Shown piece after piece: positions 52,850-60,832 of a DNA stretch of 64,000 nt. A program made the position numbers and the translations under genes. Source of the DNA: an uncultured delta proteobacterium (GTDB lineage: Bacteria; Myxococcota_A; Polyangia; Polyangiales; Polyangiaceae); NCBI GenBank assembly GCA_963850305.1, contig CAWKKR010000006.1, positions 64,001-128,000 on the forward strand, read 5' to 3'. Each line of letters opens with the position of its first letter. Position 1 is the first letter of the stretch. The notes under the pieces are model-generated. The model was not told where the DNA came from. It ran no database searches and was given only the letters and a program-made list of their open reading frames with translations.

Positions 52850-52918
52850 CCGACGGCGTCCAGCACCATGACGGCGCGGCTTGGCCCCGCGTTCGCGGGG
52901 ATCGCGGGAAGGTTCTGA
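52850..52918 (+). pseudogene. Duplicated 3' remnant of the PEGA gene preceding cassette 2
   Basis: Encodes PTASSTMTARLGPAFAGIAGRF*, matching PKASSTTTARVWVGPGSAGIAGRF* at 52165-52239. Confidence 0.75.
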
Positions 52919-53278
52919 ATGCGCACGTGGCTGCCCGTCGTGCTCACGGTGTCCTTCGCGCTCACGGGGTGCCCGGCGCTGCTCAGCGATTGGAAGATCA
53001 GCGGCAGCGGCGCAGGCGATGCCTCGGTTGACGCCAGCACGGGCGGGGTGTCGGAGGGCTCGATCGGAAGTGGCGGAGCGAGTGGGAGCGGCGGAGCCTC
53101 GAGTACGGGCGGCGCGGTCGGGACGGGCGGCGGGAATACCGGCGACAGCGGCGGCGCGTCCACGTGTTCCGACGACAAGACGACCACGGGCTGTCCGGCA
53201 TGCGGCCTGGCGACGAGCGCGTGTTGCAAAGCAGCGGGCGCGTGCGGGTGTGCGTCTGCGGGTGCCCCGTGCTTTTAG
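52919..53278 (+). CDS. Gly-rich lipoprotein with C-terminal 8-Cys module (cassette 2)
   Basis: MRTWLPVVLTVSFALTGC-PALLSDWKI; same Cys pattern as cassette 1. Confidence 0.7.
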   Translation: MRTWLPVVLTVSFALTGCPALLSDWKISGSGAGDASVDASTGGVSEGSIGSGGASGSGGASSTGGAVGTGGGNTGDSGGASTCSDDKTTTGCPACGLATSACCKAAGACGCASAGAPCF

Positions 53279-53328
53279 CAACCGGCCACGCAAATAGACG
53301 CCGGGCCCTAAATGTGGAGGGCTATTGA

Positions 53329-54540
53329 ATGCGCGCGTGGCTACCAATCGTTTTCATTCTGTCGGCTGCGCTCACGGGGTGCCCGGCGCTGCTCAGCGAT
53401 TGGAAGATCAGCGGTGGCGGTGCGGGCGATGCCGGTCGTGAGGCTGCCGGGGGCGGCTCGGGCGACGGTGGCAGCGGCGGCTCGACCAGCTCCGGTCCTT
53501 GCGCCGACGGCAAGACGACGACGGATTGCACGAACCAGTGCAGTATCGCAGGACCGATCCAGTGCTGCTCTGGCGTCGGCAAGTGCGGCTGCACCTGGGC
53601 GCCGGGCGCGTTCTGCAGCGGCACAACGGCGAGCGGTGGAACCGACGGCGGTGCGGCACCTCCGAGCTGCCAGGGCCTCCCTGCCACGTGCGGCCCCGCC
53701 GGGAACGAGTCGTGCTGCACGAGCCCGCTGGTGACGGGCGGAACATTCTACCGGAGCTACGACGGCGTCACGTCGGGCTACACGAGCCAGGCGTACCCCG
53801 CGACGGTGAGCGACTTCCGGCTCGACAAGTACGAGATCACGGTCGGCAGATTCCGGAAGTTCGTCGCGGCGTACTCTCAGAACATGATCCCGGCCGGCGC
53901 GGGCAAGAACCCGAACAACCCGAGCGACCCGGGGTGGGACACGACGTGGACCGCGAGCTTGCCCGCGGACGCGACGGCGCTGTCGACCGCGGTGCAGTGC
54001 AGCTCGACGTATCAGACATGGACAGGAGGGAACGACAACCAGCCGATGAACTGCATCGACTGGTACCAAGCGTTTGCGTTCTGCATCTGGGACGGCGGGC
54101 GATTGCCGACCGAGGCGGAGTGGAACTACGCGGCGGCGGGAGGCAGCGAGCAGCGCGTATACCCGTGGGGTTCGACCGCTCCGGGGGCGACCGCGAACTT
54201 CGCCGTGTTTGACTGCGACTACAACGGAATCAGCACAGGGACGCGCTGCACGGGAGTGTCGAACATCGCTCCCGTGGGCTCCGCGAGTGCGGGCAATGGG
54301 AAGTACGGCCAGGCGGACCTTGCCGGGAACGTCTGGGAGTGGACGCGGGACGCCTACGCCCCGTACTCTCCTTCATGCGCAAACTGTGCTGACACCACAG
54401 AGCCCGGAGTCCCGGTCCTCCGCGGCGGGGCCTTCATGGACCCAGGGAATTACCTGCTTTCGTCGTACCGCTATTACGTCCTCGCGTCGGACATGGCCCA
54501 CTACTTGTACGGTGCCCGGTGCGCCAGGAGCGCGCCGTGA
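53329..54540 (+). CDS. Lipoprotein with 8-Cys module and FGE-sulfatase/SUMF1-like (CLec-fold) domain (cassette 3)
   Basis: Same leader; FRLDKYEITVGRF, PMNCIDW, RLPTEAEW, YPWG, DLAGNVWEW, RGG, GARCAR. Confidence 0.85.
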   Translation: MRAWLPIVFILSAALTGCPALLSDWKISGGGAGDAGREAAGGGSGDGGSGGSTSSGPCADGKTTTDCTNQCSIAGPIQCCSGVGKCGCTWAPGAFCSGTTASGGTDGGAAPPSCQGLPATCGPAGNESCCTSPLVTGGTFYRSYDGVTSGYTSQAYPATVSDFRLDKYEITVGRFRKFVAAYSQNMIPAGAGKNPNNPSDPGWDTTWTASLPADATALSTAVQCSSTYQTWTGGNDNQPMNCIDWYQAFAFCIWDGGRLPTEAEWNYAAAGGSEQRVYPWGSTAPGATANFAVFDCDYNGISTGTRCTGVSNIAPVGSASAGNGKYGQADLAGNVWEWTRDAYAPYSPSCANCADTTEPGVPVLRGGAFMDPGNYLLSSYRYYVLASDMAHYLYGARCARSAP

Positions 54541-54643
54541 ACGTTGCGCTCACTCTATCGCGGCCCCGGCCTCCGAGGTTTCCGTTGACCATGGCGCTCG
54601 GCGGGCGTGTACTTCCGGATCAACGCAGGGGTTTTCCGTGCAG

Positions 54644-55639
54644 ATGATTGTCCGGCGCATCGTCGTGCCAGGGGTTCTCCTGGCCGCTCTCTCGTTCACC
54701 GGCAACGTTGCCGCCCAGGCCGCAACGAGCAGCGCGGAGGCCGAGGCCCTCTTCGATGCGGGCCGTGCCGCCCTCGATCGGAAAGATTATGCCACCGCCT
54801 GCGAGCGGTTCGCCGGGTCGAACAAGCTGGAGCCCGCGGTCGGGACCGTGTTGAACCTCGCCTACTGCAATGAAATGCAGGGCAAGCTCGCCGCGGCGTG
54901 GGCGAACTATCGTGAGGCGCTCTACAAGCTGCCCCCGGGAGACTCGAGGGCCGCCACGGCCCAGACCCGGCTCGATGCGCTCCAGTCGAGGCTCGCCTAC
55001 CTGACACTGCGGGCCGTCGGGCTGACGAAGGAGTCCACCGTGCTGCTCGATGGCGTGACGATCCCGGTCGAGGCCCTCGGTGTCCCGGTGCCGATCGATC
55101 CGGGTCCGCACGAGGTGATCGTTCGCTCCCCAGGTCGGCAGACGGAGACCTTCGACACGACCGTGAAGGACGCCGAGAAGGCCGAGCTTGCCGTATCACC
55201 CGGGGACTCGAACCAAGCCGCTTCCTCGGCACCGATTCCGCAAGCTCCTGCTGCAACTCCCCCAAAGCCACTGGAGCAGCCAACGCCGCCGCCCGTCGAA
55301 CACGATCAAGGCAGCTCGTCCACCCTTGGCTACGTCCTCGGAGGCGTCGGCCTCGCTTCTCTGGCCACGAGCCTGGTCACAGGGCTCATGGCCCTCGGCA
55401 AGAACTCGAGCGTGAATGACCACTGCCAGGCTGCCCCCTCTGGACCAGCACGGCTCTGCGATTCCGAGGGACTGTCCGCGGCGTCCGCCGGCAAGACGCT
55501 GGCCCTCGTATCCGACGTCACCCTGGGCGTCGGAGTCGTGGGACTCGGGCTCGGGACGTACCTCGTCCTCACCGCAGGGGGCAGCACGAGCCATGAAGGG
55601 CCGACGCAGGGCTCCGTGAGCTTCACGGGGACGTTCTGA
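54644..55639 (+). CDS. TPR + PEGA-like secreted protein
   Basis: AEALFDAGR..ACERF..S..LEP..G..LNLA.C, VPIDPGPHEV, C-terminal Gly-rich hydrophobic segments ending GTF. Confidence 0.78.
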   Translation: MIVRRIVVPGVLLAALSFTGNVAAQAATSSAEAEALFDAGRAALDRKDYATACERFAGSNKLEPAVGTVLNLAYCNEMQGKLAAAWANYREALYKLPPGDSRAATAQTRLDALQSRLAYLTLRAVGLTKESTVLLDGVTIPVEALGVPVPIDPGPHEVIVRSPGRQTETFDTTVKDAEKAELAVSPGDSNQAASSAPIPQAPAATPPKPLEQPTPPPVEHDQGSSSTLGYVLGGVGLASLATSLVTGLMALGKNSSVNDHCQAAPSGPARLCDSEGLSAASAGKTLALVSDVTLGVGVVGLGLGTYLVLTAGGSTSHEGPTQGSVSFTGTF

Positions 55640-56052
55640 TGTTCAAGCTCGCGGCAACGACCTGCATCGCTGCCGTCGCTCTCACGACCGCCTGCACGGC
55701 GTTCGTGGACTTCAGCAACCTGGAAGCGAGGGGCTCGGACGCTGGAACCGGGGGGGCTGGAGCGGGCGGCGTGATCGGATCCGGCGGGACGATCGGTTCG
55801 GGAGGATCGAGCGGATCCGGTGGCGTGATCGGATCCGGCTGGAGGATCGGTTCGGGAGGTGCATTCGGATCGGGGGGTGCTCTCGGGACCGGTGGAGCGG
55901 CCGGAGCGGGAGGTGCACTCGGCGCGGGGGGAGCCGCTCCGACGTGCGTCGCATCCGCGTGTCCCGGGTGCATCCCCGTGGGTCCGTTCGGGTGCTGCAA
56001 GGACGCCGGCACGTGCGGCTGCACCTGGGCTCCGGGCGCGATCTGCTACTAG
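55639..56052 (+). CDS. Gly-rich lipoprotein with 8-Cys module (cassette 4)
   Basis: Lipobox TTAC, GG(V/T)IGS repeats, CCKDAGTCGCTWAPGAIC nearly identical to cassette 3; TGATG coupling to the PEGA gene. Confidence 0.72.
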   Translation: MFKLAATTCIAAVALTTACTAFVDFSNLEARGSDAGTGGAGAGGVIGSGGTIGSGGSSGSGGVIGSGWRIGSGGAFGSGGALGTGGAAGAGGALGAGGAAPTCVASACPGCIPVGPFGCCKDAGTCGCTWAPGAICY

Positions 56053-56070
56053 GAAAGGGGGGCCTGCCCC
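56046..56070. repeat. Truncated left end of the 138-bp element
   Basis: CTACTAGGAAAGGGGGGCCTGCCCC versus CTGCTAGGAAAGGGGGGCCTTGGCCCC (40190) and CTACTAACAAAGGGGGGCCTTGCCCC (39050). Confidence 0.6.
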
Positions 56071-56529
56071 GTTGACGCCACGAGCGTCTACTGCACGGAA
56101 TCCGGCAGCGGCGCGGTGATGAAGGTTCCGCTCGGTGGCGGCGCCCATTACGCTAAGCTCCGGGCAGTACTCGTACGCAATCGCCGTGCATGCCAGCAGC
56201 GTTTGCTGGACCGTTCCCGGCGGCAGCGGGGCGGCTGTGCGGCTTGGAATCTGCCAGAACGGGGTGTGTCGGTAGGTAGGGTGTCGTTGGCCGCGGTCGC
56301 ATGCGTTGGTTATTGGGGCGGAGGCACGAGTTCAAGAGCTTCGGCGAGATGAAGGCGGCCGTGCTTGACGTCTGCAGTGGCCAGGCCGGCAAGGACATCC
56401 TCCTCATCGGCGGTAAGTACGCGAAGCCGACCAACATCGACGAGTTCCGCTCTGCGCACGAAACATTCGTTGCGGGCGCTCACACGACTAAATGACGCGG
56501 CGGACGTCAGCCCGTTACCACAGGCAGTC

Positions 56530-56800
56530 CACGCGCCGACGTATTCCGGGAGGTCGACGTCGTCTCGCAAGCTCGCGCCGAGAGCGAGCCGGGCCACGCC
56601 TGGGATCGCCAGGGCCCGCGTGAGCCCGTCGCGCAACGAGAGGCCGAGGCGCGTTTCGGCGCGAACGATTCCGCGAAGCGGACCGCGGAGTCTTGCTTTT
56701 TTCATGAAGGGCTGGAGGCGCGACTCGTACCGGGCGAACGCGACTGTATGTGTCGGACCGGCCGCGAGCTCGTCGGCGAGGACATAAGCGGCGATGATCG
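56530..56800 (-). pseudogene. C-terminal fragment of an FAD-dependent monooxygenase-like gene
   Basis: LAIIAAYVLADELA..AFARYESRLQPF..LRD..DLPEY with no N-terminal part. Confidence 0.55.
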
Positions 56801-56870
56801 CGAGCGTTCTTTTGCTACTCTGGTCAGCGTGACCAGAGTCGAAACATCGGGCGCCCGGAGGCGTCCGGGG

Positions 56871-57150
56871 ATGGGCGTGAAGCGGAGGCACGCCGACACG
56901 TGGATCTTCGGAGGACGCCAAGGCGCGCCTCAGCGAGGTCGTGCGCCGAGCTCGGAGCGACGGGCCGCAGCACGTTACCGTGAACGGGCGCGCGGGAGTG
57001 GTCATCGTTGCAGAGGAGGAGTTCCGCCGCCTGAAAGGCGAGGTCACCGGTGCCGCCCTCATCGAAGCCATGCGCGCGTCGCCGTCGCGCAGAATCGAGA
57101 TTGCGCCTCCGCGTCGGCGCATGCCCGTTCGTGGCGTCGATCTTCCGTGA
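56871..57150 (+). CDS. Phd/YefM-family antitoxin; apparent frameshift near 56905
   Basis: W..EDAKARLSEVVRRARSDGPQHVTVNGR..VVIV..EEF; ATG 56871 is out of frame by 1 nt. Confidence 0.75.
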
Positions 57151-57309
57151 CCTGGCGTCGTGCCGTATCGACTCCGGACCGGACGCCAGGGCCCGCACCA
57201 TCTCGGCGCGTCGGACGCGGGCAGCGGTGGAAGCACGCGCGATGAGTCCTTTGCGCCGTCCCGTTCTCGAGCGGATGTCTCGACGCGCTGGGGCGCTCTA
57301 CGACACTAG

Positions 57310-57633
57310 GTGAACATCATGGATCGAAGGGTCAGAGACATCGGGAGACATGAAGATGAGATCGACCTGACGCGCGCGCGCGTCGTCGGTCGAGGATTGA
57401 CGGCAGGCAAAGCTTCGCCGCGCTTGCCCCTGCGCGGCGTACGCGAGGGGATGCACCGCACGCAGGCCGACGTGGCAGCCGCCGCGGGCATCGATCAGGC
57501 CGAGGTCAGCCGCATCGAACGCCGGGAAGACGTGAGGCTCTCGACCTTGCGCAAGTATGCCGCAGCCCTCGGCGCAGAGTGCGAAGTCGTATTCGTCTTC
57601 CCGGAGACGAAGCACCGCATCACGATCGCCTGA
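57310..57633 (+). CDS. XRE-family HTH protein (HigA-like antitoxin)
   Basis: LRGVRE..TQADVA..GIDQAEVSRIERREDVRLSTLRKYAAALG..EVVFVFP. Confidence 0.8.
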   Translation: MNIMDRRVRDIGRHEDEIDLTRARVVGRGLTAGKASPRLPLRGVREGMHRTQADVAAAAGIDQAEVSRIERREDVRLSTLRKYAAALGAECEVVFVFPETKHRITIA

Positions 57634-57760
57634 AGCGCGCTCGCGCCGTCGCAAGAGGAGCGCCGTCTCCCGGGTCGCCTGCTGGAGACCCGAAGCCCGC
57701 GCCGGAGCCCGACTCGGCCTCTGGCAGAATGCGTTCGAGCACGCTCCAGCGCGATGCACC

Positions 57761-58732
57761 TCACGTCACTCGGACAAGCAACGCCTTCGTCGCCACGGCG
57801 CCCCCGGGGCGGTGGGGATGGTCGGCGGGGGGCGGGAGGTTGCGGACTTCGGCGAGGGTGCGGGCGGCGCTGGCGGCGGCGCTGGCGATGAGGGAACGGA
57901 AGTGCGCGAGCGTCGTTTTGCGGTGGTTGGTGACGGCGAGGAGGTGGCCGCGGGGGGCGAGCGCGCGCAGGCAGTGCTCCGCGAGGGTCGCGTAGTCGCG
58001 CTCGACGCTGAAGGTGGCTCGGCCGCGCGTGCCGAAGCTCGGCGGATCGAGGACGATGACGTCGAAGGGGGCGTCGCGACGCGCGAGGCGCGCCGCGAAG
58101 GGGACGGCGTCCGCGCGGACGAGGCGATGGGCGGGGCCCCACACGCCGTTCAGGACGAGGTTGTCGCGGCCGCGGTCGAGCGCGCGCTGCGATAAATCGA
58201 CGCTCACGGTCTCGCGCGCGCCGCCGAGCGCCGCGGCGACGGTGAACGTGCAAGTGTACGCGAAGAGGTTGAGCAGGCGCGCGCCGCCGGACAGCGCGCG
58301 CACGAGGACGCGGTTGTCGCGCTGGTCCGTGAAGAGGCCCGTCGAGAGACCGTCGTCGAGGAACACGCGGACGCGCAGGTCTCGCTCCGACACGATGAGC
58401 TCCGCCGGCGCCGGCTCGCCGCAAACGGGGACGGTGGCGGCGAGGGCCGTGCGCGGGGCGCGTCGCAGGTCCGCGCGCGGACGGATCTTGACGTACGCGC
58501 CGCGAAAGCCGTGCTCGACGAGCACGCGCGAAAGGTCGTCCGCCGCGGCGATGGCCGCCGGGTCCGTCAGCGAGAGCGTCGCGAAGTCGCCGTAGCGATC
58601 GACGACGATGCCGGGGCAATCGTCGGCTTCATCGTCGATGACGCGAAGGGCGTCCGTGTCGCGCGCGACGTCGCGCCGCCGCTCGATCGCCGGTGCGAGT
58701 GCGGCGCGGAGACGATCGGGGAGCGCGCGCAT
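57761..58732 (-). CDS. RlmI/RlmK-like class I SAM rRNA methyltransferase
   Basis: PGIVVDRYG, GLSTGLFTDQRDNR, LNLFAYTCTF, VDLS, FDVIVLDPPSF. Confidence 0.85.
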   Translation of the reverse strand: MRALPDRLRAALAPAIERRRDVARDTDALRVIDDEADDCPGIVVDRYGDFATLSLTDPAAIAAADDLSRVLVEHGFRGAYVKIRPRADLRRAPRTALAATVPVCGEPAPAELIVSERDLRVRVFLDDGLSTGLFTDQRDNRVLVRALSGGARLLNLFAYTCTFTVAAALGGARETVSVDLSQRALDRGRDNLVLNGVWGPAHRLVRADAVPFAARLARRDAPFDVIVLDPPSFGTRGRATFSVERDYATLAEHCLRALAPRGHLLAVTNHRKTTLAHFRSLIASAAASAARTLAEVRNLPPPADHPHRPGGAVATKALLVRVT

Positions 58733-58733
58733 C

Positions 58734-60587
58734 TCACTTCGGCGGCCGTCGCTTGGGATCTCGCGGGGGGCGCTTCGGGTGCCGTCCAGGATGCGGCGGG
58801 GTGTGGCGCGGGCTGCTGCGCGGAGAGGCGGGGCGCGGCCCCTCGTGGCGCGGCGCCGGGTGCGCGTCGGCGTGCGGACGAACATGCGACGGGGCGTGGC
58901 GCGGTCCGTCTTGGCGAGCGTCCGTGTGCGCCTGGGTGCGCGGACGAACGTGCGGCGGCGCCTGACGTTCGATGACGACACGAGGGTCGCGCGGGTCGGG
59001 CTTCGTCGCGGCCTTCGCGAAAGCGTCGGCATCCTTCGCGGCGACATCGACGAAGGAGAACGTCTTCTCGACCTGGATCGCGCCGACGGAGTTGCCGGCG
59101 ATGCCGCCGCGCCGGCACACCATCGCGAGGAGCCGGCGTGTGTCGGCGCCGTGCTGGCCGCCCCAGGAGACGCGAAACGTCACGAAATCCCCCCTGGGAG
59201 GCGGGCGCGGCGCGCCGCCTCGCGGACCGGGCTCGGACCGCGTCGCGCGCGTCGGGCGCGGAGAAACGGGGCGGATCTGGCGCGGCTCGACGCGACTCGT
59301 GAACCTCGCGAGCAAGCGTGCGAGCGCGAGCGCCGGGTCGCCGTGCTCGACGATCCGCGCGGCCAGCGCCGTCGCGCGGGCGTCGGGGGCACCTTCGCCT
59401 TCGCCCGTGAGAGCTTCGAAGGCGCGATCGTCGGCGGCGCGCCGGATCTCTTCCGCCGAGGGGATGGGTTCCAGGCGATGAGGGACGCCGGCGCGTTGCA
59501 GGATCCGTGTCGCCTGTCCGAGGTGCGCCGGCGCGACGAGGAGGGAGCTCGTGCCGCGACGGCCGGCGCGCCCGGTGCGCCCGCTGCGGTGCGTGTACGC
59601 ATCCGCGTTCGTCGGTGTATCCACGTGGATGACGCGCCCGATGTCCTGGACGTCGATGCCGCGCGCCGCGACGTCCGTCGCGACGAGGGCCTGGAGATCG
59701 CCGCGCTTGAACGCGGCGAGGGCGCGATTGCGCGCGTTCTGGTCCATCTCTCCGGAGAGCGAGCTCACCGCGAACCCTGCCTCGGCGAGCTCGCCCGCGA
59801 TGTCCGCGACGTCCGCGCGGGTGCGCGCGAAGACGAGCGTCGGCGCGTCGGGGCTCGCGAGGAGCAGGTTGACGATGGCGTCGAGCTTCGCGCGCGGCTC
59901 GACGAGGTGAATCACGTGATCGATGTCGGCGTTCGCAGTGCCGAGCCGCGTGCCCTCGACATGCGCCGCCTCTTGCTGGACTCGGTCTGCGAGGGCGCGA
60001 ACGTCGCGGGGGAAAGTCGCAGAAACCAAATGCGTCCGATGCTCTTCCGGAAGAAGCTCGAGGATCGACTCGAGCTCCTCGCGGAACCCGAGGTCGAGCA
60101 TGCGGTCCGCCTCGTCGAGGACGATGGCGCCGACCTCGGACGTGTCGATGGAGCCGCGGTTCAGGTGGTCGAGCAGGCGCCCCGGCGTGCCCACCACGAT
60201 GGCCGGTCCGGCTGCGAGCGCGCGGTGTTCGTCCCGGTAGCTCCCGCCGCCGGTGGTCGCCGCGAGTCGCGTCCGCGCGTCGGCATAGAGCCACGACAGC
60301 TCTTCCTCGACCTGGCGTGCGAGCTCGCGCGTCGGCGCGACGACGAGGGCGCGCGGCCGCGCAATGCCCTTCAGCGCGGGGGACGGGGACAGCGCGAGCA
60401 CCCGGATGGCAAACCCGATGGCCACGGTCTTCCCGGAACCGGTCTGCGACGTGATGCGCAGGTCACGGCCCTCGAGCTCCGGTTCGAGCACGGCGGCCTG
60501 GACGGCCGTGAGCTCGGCGTAGCCCTTGCGCGCGAGCGCCGCCGAGAGCTGCGGCCCGAGAACGCCCGCAAAGTCGGCTGGGGTCAT
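58734..60587 (-). CDS. DEAD-box RNA helicase with DbpA-type RNA-binding domain (DeaD/CsdA-like)
   Basis: QTGSGKT, PTRELA, GTPGRLLDHL, LDEADRML, SAT, ATDVAARGID, YTHRSGRTGRAG. Confidence 0.93.
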   Translation of the reverse strand: MTPADFAGVLGPQLSAALARKGYAELTAVQAAVLEPELEGRDLRITSQTGSGKTVAIGFAIRVLALSPSPALKGIARPRALVVAPTRELARQVEEELSWLYADARTRLAATTGGGSYRDEHRALAAGPAIVVGTPGRLLDHLNRGSIDTSEVGAIVLDEADRMLDLGFREELESILELLPEEHRTHLVSATFPRDVRALADRVQQEAAHVEGTRLGTANADIDHVIHLVEPRAKLDAIVNLLLASPDAPTLVFARTRADVADIAGELAEAGFAVSSLSGEMDQNARNRALAAFKRGDLQALVATDVAARGIDVQDIGRVIHVDTPTNADAYTHRSGRTGRAGRRGTSSLLVAPAHLGQATRILQRAGVPHRLEPIPSAEEIRRAADDRAFEALTGEGEGAPDARATALAARIVEHGDPALALARLLARFTSRVEPRQIRPVSPRPTRATRSEPGPRGGAPRPPPRGDFVTFRVSWGGQHGADTRRLLAMVCRRGGIAGNSVGAIQVEKTFSFVDVAAKDADAFAKAATKPDPRDPRVVIERQAPPHVRPRTQAHTDARQDGPRHAPSHVRPHADAHPAPRHEGPRPASPRSSPRHTPPHPGRHPKRPPRDPKRRPPK

Positions 60588-60832
60588 GGTGGCGCTCCCT
60601 ACCATCCTTTCCCGAGAATCACGAGTGCTCGCTCCGCCGGACAGGGAGCGGAGCCTATCGGGCGCGCTCGCGTCGTCGCAACGAACTGAAGGCGGTTCAC
60701 CGTCGAGGGCCACGCTCATGCGGTCGGCCTGCCAACGGATTGCAACGAGAGTTGCGATTTCTCGCGTGGGCTGCTTGCGCAAGGCCCCCCGGGACACTAT
60801 TCGCCCCTCACGCGGGAGAAATTCATGGGTTG

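Noticed and set aside
54420..54540. Diversity-generating retroelement variable region in the FGE/CLec domain
   Set aside because: No template repeat differing at adenines and no reverse transcriptase seen in the window; a remote DGR cannot be excluded without a genome search.
56301..56495. 64-aa ORF as a functional gene
   Set aside because: No recognisable motif or clear RBS; it lies in a decayed patch and is likely a fragment.
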